A stretch of 64,000 nucleotides of DNA, from contig NC_092670.1 of assembly GCF_964355755.1 (NCBI RefSeq), positions 7,616,201 through 7,680,200 of the forward strand. The letters are read 5' to 3'. The position numbers and the translations under genes are program-made. This DNA is from Antedon mediterranea (Eukaryota > Animalia > Echinodermata). The notes beneath the pieces are model-generated. The model did no database searches. It was not told the origin of the DNA and saw nothing but the letters and a program-made list of their open reading frames with translations. Of the stretch, positions 31,701 to 43,530 are shown piece after piece (within the stretch, counting starts at the first letter, position 1; each line of letters starts with the position of its first letter).

Positions 31701-34554
31701 TTTAAACAGTATAGGGGTTTTTTGTGTGTTTTTTTTTCCAAAAATGATTTTCGATTCCTTCCACTGACAACCTAATTGAATTGTTACTTACATTTGTTTT
31801 TTGTTCTTTTTTCAAAGATTTTGAATAAGTTTAACCTTGAAGTAAATGTAGGGCAAACCGTAGCATTGGTTGGTTGCAGTGGGTGTGGTAAAAGTACAAC
31901 AGTACAGATGATTCAAAGGTTTTATGACCCTAGCCAAGGTATGGTAAGTGGACCTATTGATAACTACTATAACAAGGCACTTAAGCCCGTTTTACACTAG
32001 GTAAATAGAAAACGTTAGTTTATGCATATGTATATGCAAAATTCTGTCATATTTTATTCCGCGACAAATTCTAGTTCCTTGAGTATCGCTTTAGCGAAAT
32101 TAGTATTTTCTATAGCATTTTTTTTTTACTTTTTGTGCAGCCAAAAAATTTCCCATCCAATCAGACCTGATGAAATGAGTTGTCATATGAATCAAAAGGC
32201 TCAGCGATATGTATAATAATATATATATAATATTGCAGCTATTTGCTTGTAGTGGAAAGGGTAGCATGATCTTTTATAGCTCGGCAGTGAAAGTAAAAAA
32301 TGTATATAGCTTGATCTTTTTTGGAGACAGTACATCTTTAACACAGTATATAGCTTGATCTTTTTTGGAAACAGTACATCTTTAACACAGTAAAATATGT
32401 ATTTTTTATTTATTAATTTTTGCAGGTAAAGTTAGATGGTACCGACATTCGAGAGTTGAATGTTAAATGGTTGCGAGAGAGAATTGGAGTAGTTAGTCAA
32501 GAACCTGTGCTTTTTGCTACTTCAATTGCAGAGAACATTCGTTATGGGCGTCTTGACGTTACTGCGGATGAGATTGAAATTGCTGCAATAGAGGCTAACG
32601 CACATGAGTTTATATGCTCTCTACCAGATGTAAGGTTTGGTTTAGGGTTTTATTATGGTAAAAAAAAACATTTTTACAAAACCTAAAATTAAATGTAAAA
32701 TGCCTTTTTACCATTTAGTATTGCAATGCTGTTAAACACTGCTCCACATAAATCAGCAGTTTAAAAATGGTTTTTCAATTTTATGTAAATATATATTTGG
32801 GGCAACTTTTTCTTATTCTCATAGATTGCCTCATTTTTATCATTTCAAATTAATTAATTAAATTTCAGTATATCACCGGGCGGTTTAGAATTAATGTTCT
32901 ATGCCTGATGTGTTTATTGCGTTTTTTCAAACACACATTCTTTATTTTCGCATAAAAGAAATACATATAAAAGAGATTACATTTGTATGAAATTAAGGAT
33001 CTACATCTATTGGCAAAAAAAAATTTTTTTTTTTTTTAAATACACTTTTTTTCTGCCAGTTAAAAAAAATGCCATAAATATACTATATTCACACTTTTTT
33101 GCCTGAATTTTTAGGGTTACAATACATTAGTGGGAAAAAGAGGAGCTCAATTGTCAGGTGGTCAAAAACAGCGAATAGCAATAGCTTGTGCCTTGGTCCG
33201 CAACCCTAAAATCAGCTCTTGATACGGAAAGTGAAAGTATTGTACAAGCAGCTTTTGATAAAGTTAGTATATTAAGTAACTAGCTACCCAGGGCGGGTAT
33301 CAACATTAGTTTAAAGCCTTCTCAGTACACAACACCTGACGCCAGTACAGGTATCTCCCTATACTCACCAACCTCTACCCTTTTCAATAACACCCCATAC
33401 TTTTTTTTAAACAAATTCTTCCCAGGGCAGATTTTAATTCAAGAGAGGCCTGGTTTAAGTACGTTTTAAACTGTGTAAATGAACAGCTGTCATATTATAT
33501 TGGCTGATAATTAAAATATCTAATTTTGATACTGCGGCCCCCCCCCCCTTCTTTCTTCTCTCACCATCCCATCCACAATCAACAAACCTTACTCCCCTGG
33601 ACAGTTAAAATGTAGTAACTTTTCCTAGTACAATTCCAATCATGTTATACTTCTTTACGCCGGTATTTCCGCCCCTTCTCCCCCCAGATACTGGAAGATG
33701 TGTTTAAGACAGTACAACTTATGTTAGCCACCAAATGTAGTACAGTTTCAGTCATGGTGATAGGCCTACATCCCCACCCCAAACTCCCATCCCCTTCCCA
33801 GGGATAATTAAAATACTTTAACATTTTCCTGCCACAATCTTGGTCAATTTGATAGCCTACTACCCCTAGCCTAAGCAAAATCCCCACTATCCCTCAACCC
33901 CAACTCCCACACCCTATTTCGGTTTATTGGTTTCTGAATTATTAAGAAAACACCCCATTAAGTGGACGCTTGACTCCTGAAGGGTTCTACTATATTTTTA
34001 GGCTTTGTTTTTATAGCGTTTGTAAGAAAAAGAGATTATAATGAATATGGAATTTATGTGTATGATATTCAACCTGTAGGTACAAGCAGGGAGGACAACC
34101 ATAGTAATAGCTCATCGTCTGTCCACCATACAGAAGGCAGATCTCATTTGTTCACTGAACGATGGCAATATTGTTGAGATGGGCTCCCATGAAGAATTGA
34201 TGGCCAGAGTCGGGTATATATAGAACATTGGTTGCTTTAACTATGAGAAAATCAGGTGAAAAAGAAACAGAACAAGAATCATCAGAAGAAGGTAAGTGAA
34301 AAATTATCGTCTATAGAGATTGAACTACGCCCTCATCATGCCCGTAAAAAAATCTCAGCTCATAAAGCATTCCATTATCGAGCATCAGATCTGCCAATTG
34401 GAAGCTGTTATCCATTGTTTTTCCAAGGTTGTTTCTATTGTTTTTCTGTACCTATTTAAAAAATCATGTGTCGAAAACATGTCATGTCACTACCCTTTCA
34501 ATTTATATTTATTTGAGTCCGACAATCTCAAATAAGTAAGTAAGTAAGTAAAAG

Positions 34555-34862
34555 CAGTGGCATAACACCCATGAGTGCTCACTGGCTAAACCCGGAGTTT
34601 GAGGGACCCCGGAGCTCAATTATTACGAAGATAGTAAAGCAAACAAATAATAGTAATAGTCTAGACTAGACATTAAAAATAAAAACAAAGTTCATCTCCG
34701 ATACTGTAACACATACTCCAGGTATACACTACTTGCAATCAATCAACAAGTTTTTCTATGATAATAAATATTATTTATAATAAAAAAAAATCATGAAAGA
34801 GCATAAAAACAGCAGAGGGATTGGGGCCCCTTGCGTCCCCCTGGCCCAGAGTTACGCCACTG
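34555..34862. mobile_element. hAT-like MITE, 308 bp
   Basis: TIRs CAGTGGCATAAC / GTTACGCCACTG (1 mismatch); flanks AGTAAAAG / AGGAAAAT resemble a decayed 8-bp TSD. Confidence 0.68.
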
Positions 34863-35859
34863 AGGAAAATATTGTAGATATGTAGGGCCATTTACATGTT
34901 GACAGCTTGTGTGATATAAGGCATTTAGCAAAGAAGCAACAAACCTTAAAACAATATAAAACAAATATTTCTTTAATGTTTAATATATTTAAGTTTCAAA
35001 GTGTAGGCTAAACATAGACAAATCATTTTCAAATTAATATAGATTGTCAGAATGCTCAGTGAACCCTATTTTTCATTTCATTTTCTTAAAGTGTATGTAT
35101 CATATTTATGATTTATTATGAAAATAGGAGAAAAACATTTGATTACATCATCATTAATTGCATATTAAATTAAAACAAATTAATTTAAAAAATCTAACGA
35201 ACTATGACATTTTCTTGGACTTGAAATAACAAACTTAACAGTAACAGAATAGTTATGTACTACAGGTATAAATATACAGATATTTACATAATAATGTTGT
35301 ATAATATACATAGTTTAATTTTATCTTATATGAAATATGAATTAAAAAAAAAATTGTATAAATTAATATTGAAAACAAAAAAGAAACGTAACGCAACATA
35401 AGTAACGCACGAGAAGATAAACGAATATAACGATGAGACATAAAACTAGACACAGGAGTAAGAAAAACATTTTTAATATTTTTGTTTTTGTTTTTTTTTA
35501 TATTCGTATTTTAAAATAATGTATATAATCTGTATATAGGGTATAAATGAATTATAAGTCAAAAAATACTACCGAAAATAATTATATAACATTATTAAAT
35601 GTATCTCCTACAGTACATTTATTAGTTAAGTGTTCACAATTTTAGATGTTGAGAATCATAGAACAAAAAAAAAATACTAGAAAATTATGAAAAAAGGTGG
35701 ATAACAGAAAAGAAATATATTAATGTTCTGATTCCAAGAACAGTAACGTTGCTAAAATTAAAAAAAAAAAAATATATATATATATAGTGCTGTTCCGCCG
35801 TACCACGCCGAGAGTGTTAAAGAGTCGCTATCCAATCGAGTTCGAACAATACCATGAAA

Positions 35860-35931
35860 GCCCCAGTGGTCTAATGGTTAGGACATCTGCATATCAAGCA
35901 GACGGTCCGAGTTCGAGACTCGGTTGGGGCG
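35860..35931 (+). tRNA. tRNA-like cloverleaf with ATC (Asp) anticodon inside a repeat; probably not a translational tRNA
   Basis: Acceptor GCCCCAG/TTGGGGC, D arm GTCT-AATGGTTA-GGAC, anticodon arm TCTGC-ATATCAA-GCAGA, T arm CCGAG-TTCGAGA-CTCGG, G discriminator, TTTTT 3 nt downstream. Confidence 0.6.
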
Positions 35932-36221
35932 ACTTTTTCTCATTCTCACAGATTTCCTCATCTTTATCGTTTCAAATTAATTAATTAAATTCCAGTATAT
36001 CACCGGGCGGTTTAGAATTAATGTTCTTTGCCTGTTGTGTTTATATATAAAAGTATCTCTTCGGAGATCCTGCCTCGTGAATTAAAATACTGAAAGATGA
36101 GGGCGTATCAATTTGATCTCTGTTGTGCGTGCGTACAACTGAGGACTAGTGCTGTTCCGCCGTACCACGCCGAGAGTGTTAAAGAGTCGCTATCCAATCG
36201 AGTTCGAACAATACCATGAAA

Positions 36222-36293
36222 GCCCCAGTGGTCTAATGGTTAGGACATCTGCATATCAAGCAGGCGGTCCGAGTTCGAGTCTCAGTTGGGGCG
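36222..36293 (+). tRNA. Second, slightly decayed tRNA-like (ATC) copy
   Basis: Same sequence with three substitutions, including a T-stem mismatch (CTCAG). Confidence 0.45.
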
Positions 36294-36335
36294 ACTTTTT
36301 CTCATTCTCACAGATTTCCTCATCTTTATCGTTTT

Positions 36336-36378
<43 letters not shown>

Positions 36379-37352
36379 ACCAAACAAAAGTAAGAATAAC
36401 AATGAATAGTTATTATTATTATTAGAAATAATTGTATTAATCTGTTGATGAAATGAAATGAATAAATAGTGGTTAACGCCACAAAAGAGAAAAAAAAATG
36501 GATTGTATATACTTTGACAGTTCAACATTTTTAAAAATGTTTAAAGATGTCATCATAATCTATCTGCACCAAAGTGGTTACTGCATAGTAAATACACGGA
36601 AGATTCTTTCTTTAAGTTTTATTCAGGTGTGTATATGTCTCGGTGGTCGCGTCTATAGCACTCAAGGTATTTATAATGAAATCTAGAGAAACTTATATCT
36701 TTATTATTATTTAACAAGGATGGTTTATGACATATACACGAAGGAATCTTTGATCGGTTTTTTTTTGTAAGTGGCTCGATGTGCAGTGATACCAGCTATT
36801 GTATTTGTGCTACGATCTATCTTTCATCTTGATATCTTTTTTTTGTTTTTTGTTTTGTTTCTTTATTTCTATTCACAACAAAAAAACATAAACATACATA
36901 AATATTCAATACAAAAATGAAAGAATGGAAAGGGGGAATCTCTGAAGCACAGCTTATAAGTAGAAACCCCCTGTTACAAAACAGTATATATATTTTACTT
37001 GATTTGAAACACAACAACATTAATCAAATATTTCTTAGTCTTTTTAAACCACCAATCCAGTTTCATCTTGTGATGCGAATTCTGAAAATACAAGACAGTA
37101 TGAATAAAGTATAAAAATATACTTTTATAATAGGCTTAAATCGTAGCAGGGAAGACTAGTATCTACAGTAAATCTTTAAAAGTATGTCATGTATGCATCA
37201 TCTTTATAGAGAAGAGGCAGTATTCTGCCTTAGGAGGGTGCATGTTAACTCTGTGTACACCTAACCTAATGCCTTACCAGGCATATAAGATATTAATATC
37301 CATTTAAATTTGTCCTACCTGTGCATTATCTTCTAAATTTTGACAGAGCTTT

Positions 37353-40303
37353 TTACAGCAGTATGAACAATAGTTTTTGAAGTACTTTGTAAATAAATGA
37401 TCGTAGAATCTTGCGTAGTATCATTATTGAAGCCTGGCCTTGTTGGGCCGGGGTAAAAACTATGTCCATAAGCATGTTAGTGATCAAATTGGAAAACATG
37501 AATAGCACCGTATTCATCAACATCCTGAAACAAAAACAAAGAAGATTAATACCTTGAAACAATGGTACCCGTGGTGAATATAGTGTTGAGTGCATTTTTT
37601 CATTTGATTGGACGACTGTGGGTCACATGATATTAGATAAATGTACTATATATAACACTACTCGCAAGAGTAATACAATTTCATTTTGTGTGTTCACTTT
37701 TGGTACACAGTGATTGAGCAAAAACTTGTGCAACAAGAGGATAGGCTGTTGTTTACTTAAACAAATAATGAATGGTTTTTATTCGTACAATGGTACAAAT
37801 AATTGGTACAAATAATTTCATTCAGTGAAAGATAAAAAAACTCATGAAATTATTTGTACAATCCCACTCTATTATTATTTGTATACTATCAATGTAAATA
37901 TATAAGATATTTGATTTTAAAAAAAAAGTTAACCTTAGCCAGTCAGGCACAATTCCATCTTCATTTGGCTGATCAATTATCACCTGTGCAAAAAATATAA
38001 AGGTATATTTAATTTTCCACAAAGTGTATCCAACTAAATGTTAAGAGTTGCACTATATGGAGACAGGCAATGTATCTTTGATCTATTATGCTGTTGCATG
38101 CCCCATTTCCTTTAGTAATTATCTATGGCTTGACTATAAACATCTTCAATTTGTAATTGAATGAAGTCCAGTTGCAATCGCTAGATAACTCTCCAGATTC
38201 TAAAAAGTTAAAAATGTAAGATATATCTCGAGCTCGCCTTTGTTATACAGTATGAAGAATCATGTATCCTCATTCAATCTTTCCATTGTAGGCCTAATTT
38301 TTAATAGAATTTTTCTCACATTTAGATTGAGTATCAAGAAGAAATTTGCCCTACCGATGCATATCTTTCCTGCAAACTGTAAACACCTTTCTTCAAGAGA
38401 TTTGCAATACATTGTTGAAGCAGATGAGCAAATATTTCTCTTATAGTTGTTGGGGATGTAAGGAAAAAGTCTATTGCCATATGTGATATCCATCTAGCAA
38501 CGATACGGTAAAGAAACTGGTTTACCAAGAACCTGAAAAGAAAGAAAATTAATAATTTGAAACTACCTAAAGTAATTGTACCTGGTGAATCTAGCATTAT
38601 AGATTTTGTTTGTTGTTTTTTGTATTAGCTTAGCTTGAAACTGCAAAGTATCAAGAGAGTTGCTTTCCCATTATTATATTTTTATTCTTCACATATGAAA
38701 ACTACAATCATTGTGCACATGAAAATGGAGCATAGTATAAAAAAGCATGTTTACCTTATCCACTGAGGCGCAACCCTATGTTCATTTGGTTGATCACCAC
38801 GATTCGCCTGTGTGCGGAGATTTACAAATGTTAATCACAGAAGCCATCACATAGGCTACTATCTAGCATATGAGCGAGACACAATTGTAGGCAAAGGTTT
38901 TTCAGTTTTAAATGAATGTATATGTTGTCCTGATCACATACAACAAATCTGTCATCCACCACCTTCATATGCAAATGAGCATAAGTATGCAAATTAGCTA
39001 TAAAACCCATATTTTCACAATATCTCCTAAACTAATAATTCATTTATTACAATTTTTATGGCAAACCCTATGTTTTCATACCCAATGAACACATTTCAGT
39101 GATCAATACCATATAACAGGTGAAAACACAATTTATGTCACGCTTGAGTGATATTTGTCCAAAATTATCATTTTTTCCTGTAAATTTTGGTTCAGATAAC
39201 CGGCTGGAAAAATCTTTGCGTACAATTTTGTTCAGTTCACCATATTTTTGAGCTAGATACAGTAGCCTACACAGTGCTAATATATTAATTTAAATGTATT
39301 AAATGCATACATATTCATAAGCCAAGTCAAAGTGAAAAAAAGTACCTATCTATTAAAGACAATTAAATTGTTGACCTTTTGTAAAAATAATACTTTAAAA
39401 AAGTGGTGGCGCCAGCGGGGTAGGGTTTATTTTTACACAAAACAAGTAACTTACAGGATATTGTCGTGTTTCATTTGGTAAGTGGGTTGCTTCACCTGAT
39501 GACAAGATAAAACAAAAGTGAGTTAGTGAGTGAGTGTGGCCGAGCGGTTAGGACAGTGGGACCGAAATCCATAGCCATAATATTGTCAAGGGTTCGAGGC
39601 TCACTCGCCCCATGGTTCTGGTGGTAGAACAAGTCTTCTCGGATAAGGACTATAAACCGTAGGTCCAGTGTACATCTGGCTCATGTGCACTTTAAAGAAC
39701 CTAGTACATCTTTCGAGACGAGTAGGGGGTAACCCCAGTGTACTACTTCATTCATACACACACACTGTCGTGGACAGATGTATTGGCGCCGTAGTTGGCT
39801 GTCGATGTCACAATGGGACCATTGGTGGAGCAGTAGCCTTCAACTATAAAGTTTGACATTCGTAAAAGACATCAATGATGAAAGACTCTAAAAAAACATT
39901 TCTAGTCTAACCTTCCTTTGAAGAATAGGCGAGGGGAGAGTATGCTCTATGTGGGAACATGAATCCGTGATGAGTCCAGAAAATTCTAAATTGGGTGAAG
40001 CGTTGGTATAAAGATGAAAATACTGTGTAAACATTCAGAATAAATTGTATGTAAGCTAGAAAGATGCACACCAGTTCACTACTAATTGGGACTAGCTAGT
40101 TACATTTCCTTTCATTGGGACGAATGTACCAGAATGATTCAACTATTTATTTGCTAAAACGTAATATTAAAATAGTAGTATGGCTAAAAAAGGAAACCAG
40201 AACACCGTGGTAATCGCCTATTCTTTACAAATGGATGGTAGCATTTAGTCTATAGAATTTAATATTATTTTACGATACAATTCATCTAACCTGATCGTTC
40301 CAT
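37353..40303 (-). CDS. Nested antisense gene of unknown family, copy C version (predicted 205 aa, 7 coding exons)
   Basis: Minus-strand GT-AG exons 40303-40291, 40022-39912, 39495-39455, 38807-38755, 38532-38355, 37983-37934, 37524-37353 total 618 nt = 205 codons + TAA, all phases compatible. Protein: MERSVFSSLYQRFTQFRIFWTHHGFMFPHRAYSPLAYSSKEGEATHLPNETRQYPANRGDQPNEHRVAPQWIRFLVNQFLYRIVARWISHMAIDFFLTSPTTIREIFAHLLQQCIANLLKKGVYSLQERYASVIIDQPNEDGIVPDWLRMLMNTVLFMFSNLITNMLMDIVFTPAQQGQASIMILRKILRSFIYKVLQKLLFILL. Confidence 0.75.
39519..39854 (+). mobile_element. tRNA-derived SINE with Deu/Nin-like core, copy-C-specific insertion
   Basis: A box TGGCCGAGCGG (39537), B box GGGTTCGAGGC (~39590), core TCTTCTCGGATAAGGACTATAAACCGTAGGTCC...TTTAAAGAACC. 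Absent at the orthologous site in B (~16985). Confidence 0.82.
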
Positions 40304-40859
40304 ATTTGTATAGATACCAAGCGATTTAAATCAAATTGTTAATTTTGTTTGTGAGTAAATTTTCCGATCCGCAAAAAATTTATTTGACATTTGACCTCTT
40401 ATAGACAGTAAATATTCTAAGCTACGCGCCCTCTATAATAATTGAAAATTATTTATACACGACATGGTTTAAACTTACACGCAACAGGTATGATAAACAA
40501 TCATTCACAATTGTCAAATGTGTTACTGTTATAAACGTAATAAAAGATGTTATTATAGAATATTCAACTAGAAAAAGTTTTTATTAGAAATCGGACCTCA
40601 CTTTCTATAATGATGCCATTACGTACGTTACTTTACGTATTTGCAAAATACATTTTTTTCCCTAAGAAATTGTTTTCTTTTAATAGTAACTCATCTGAAC
40701 CAAGTTTTGTATATTTCAACAATACAATAACTTTTCAAACTAAAAGTATAAAATATTTGATATAACACCATTAAGACATTAAAGGATTGTAAAAGGGAAA
40801 CTAAAGTGCATGGTTAACTGTGTCTGAGGCAGAGAGTAGAATAATATATGAGAATTATC

Positions 40860-41238
40860 CTATGGGGTATAGTTGTCCTGAGGGATAGTTATCCTAGGGG
40901 TAGTTGTCCTATGGGTAGTTTTCCTAGGGGGTAGTTGTCCTGGGGTAATTGTCCTGAGGGTAGTTGTCCTGAGGGATAGTTATCCTAGGGGTAGTTGTCC
41001 TATGGGTAGTTTTCCTAGGGGGTAGTTGTCCTGGGGGTAATTGTCCTGAGGGTAGTTGTCCTGAGGGGTAGTTATCCTAGGGGTAGTTGTCCTATGGGTA
41101 GTTTTCCTAGGGGGTAGTTGTCCTGGGGGTAATTGTCCTGAGGGTAGTTGTCCTGAGGGGTAGTTGTCCAAGGAGGGTAATTGTCCTAGGGGATAGTTTT
41201 GCAGGTGGTAGTTGCCCAGAGGGTAGTTGTCTGGATAC
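40860..41238. repeat. G-rich ~15-bp minisatellite with ~91-bp higher-order repeat
   Basis: AGTTGTCCTGAGGG(A/G)TAGTTATCCTAGGGG... restarts at ~40871, ~40962 and ~41054. Confidence 0.92.
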
Positions 41239-43304
41239 AAATATTAAATATGAGTATGCATAAAGGGGCCCAGCAGCCCTGGGCCTTTGAAAAAAAATAA
41301 ATAAAAAACCACCCTGTTCTCTGCCAGAAATCTTACCTATTTGACATGTAGTTACTGTACTATTTTTAATACTATTTTTAAACTATCACCAACCAGGTAC
41401 GATAAACAATTTCATTCACTATTGTCCACTCTTTTATAGCTTCTGTTTTACACCTTCTAACTCCATTTATTATAGTTATTCAACTAAAAAAAGTTGATTG
41501 TTCTTAATAATACACCTAATGAACTATGATATTAGGAAAACAGGATGGTCCAATGATCCAATGCCATATTACGTTCCTTTCTCCTTATACTGTATTCATA
41601 CTCATATTTCTGAAATTGTGTTTTGGACTTGATTATAAAACTGAAGAATTCCTAATATTCCTAAAGTTAAAAGAAATTGAAAGTTGAAGTATCACAATAG
41701 TTACATAAAGAATGTAAAGAACATATAGATATAAAAGCGTCAAGTTTTTTCTATTAATCTAAAAGAAGTGATATTATACAGACAGTGGAACAAATAAAAC
41801 ATTTTTTTACTAGATTGCATTGAACATTTTTTACAGACCAATAAAATAATTTTCAGTAATAATATCTAAAAAAAGATTGATCGTAAATTATATCAAAGTG
41901 TTAATAAATGTCATAATTAATCTACTACAAATACTGAATGAAGTACAGCAAAGTAAGGCCTATATACCTTGTAGTTGGAATTAAACATATAATGAAACCA
42001 AATTAGGGCATGGGCCAAAAAAATAAATAAATTGGGCCAATTAGAAAGTTTTACCGTACTTACTTTATACTTTACACTTTGTTGTTGGACTTGTTGGTTG
42101 TTTGCATTCATCATGCCCATGTGGCTCTCTGAAAAATTTCTTTCACTATACTCTTCATGGTGTAAAACAGTTCTCTTTACGTGAATCATTTGCTTTGATC
42201 CTCACATTACAATGGCCAAGTACCTGATTTAGACTCCAATAAATACTTCGCTATGATATTTATGGTTGATAGCACACTACTGTATAGGTTAAAGCCCTCT
42301 ATGATATTTCAGTTATAAGAAAGACACAGAATAAATTCTAAAGCGCCTGGTGATATACTGAAAATTAATTCATTTCTTTATATATATTTATAATTATTCT
42401 GGGTTTTATCATTCTTTACTTCATTGGTGTTGTTCATTCAAAAGAATTTATAACTGAAATATAATCTATCTTAAAAAATGAGAAATATCGGATCAATTGA
42501 AATACTCGAAAGTTGATAAATTTCTATTTTATCCAATATTTAAATGGGATTCATTTACATTTTTTAGATGATTTACATTTAAAAGAAAATTTAAAGAGGA
42601 AACTCTTAGAAAAGCTGAATCAATAAACAAATTAAAAATAGGATTAATTATTTAATGTTGATAATGATACTGTTTAATTATTTACTTAAATACCAATATT
42701 GAACATGAACACTGTTCAAAAGAAAAAGCATAGCGTTTCAATAATAAATGTAATAGGAGAAAAATATAGGAGAGGTGTGAATTCAGGAAGAAGTGGAAAA
42801 ATACAACTTAAAAATTTGCATCTGAAACTTTTAGCAATTGTTGGAAAGGAAGAAGGAAAGAAAGAAAAAAAGTTTTATTTGTGAAACAGAAGCAGCTGCT
42901 GACTGGATAAAAATCATGCCACCTAATTGTTCACTTAACTTGATTAAAAAAAATTATGTTTTTTAATGTTTGTGCAGTTAAACAATAAACAAACAAAAAC
43001 AAAATATACTACTAATGTTTACATATTTTTATTTAATACCTAATAGGAACTATAAACTAAACAAATATGGCAATAAGTCTCTAGAGAATATTCACATTAA
43101 ATGACTTTATCTACAAATTTTCCCCATCTGATTGTAGCATTGCAGCCCTAAACCATAGATTCACAAACAGATGGCCCTATTAAAATGCAGGAAAATATCT
43201 TCTTTTACTCATCACATATTTTTATTATTTGTATTATTTATTTATTTATACTGGGTTACCTCTTCAGTCAAAGACTGGTCTCTCAGAGAGCACAGTTATG
43301 ATCA

Positions 43305-43530
43305 GTGGCTATTGGGTAACCCCCACTTGTCTTAAAAGATGTACAAGGTTCTTTAAAAGTGCACATGCGCTAGATGTGTACACGGGACCTACGGTGTATA
43401 ATCCTTATCCGAGAAGACTCGTTCTTCCACCAGAACCATGGAGCAAGTGAGCCTTGAACCCTTGTCAGCGTTATGGCTACGCAATTATGCTTCCACTATC
43501 ATAACCGCTCGGCCACTCACTCACTCACTC
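43305..43530 (-). mobile_element. tRNA-derived SINE copy
   Basis: Reverse complement of the 39519 element, including TGGCCGAGCGG and GGGTTCAAGGC boxes. Confidence 0.8.

Larger units (their letters stand above)
35786..36335 (+). repeat. Partial tandem dimer (362-bp period) of a tRNA-containing dispersed repeat bounded by (TA)n
   Basis: TAGTGCTGTTCCGCCGTACC...TCTTTATCGTTT occurs twice; (TA)n at ~35772, ~36043 and ~36340. The tail TTTCAAATTAATTAATTAAATT...CACCGGGCGGTTTAGAATT also occurs at ~7580 and ~32843. Confidence 0.8.

Noticed and set aside
40980-41240. 86-aa DNYP/GQLP repeat ORF
   Set aside because: It is simply the translation of the G-rich minisatellite; the orthologous array in B gives no equivalent ORF.
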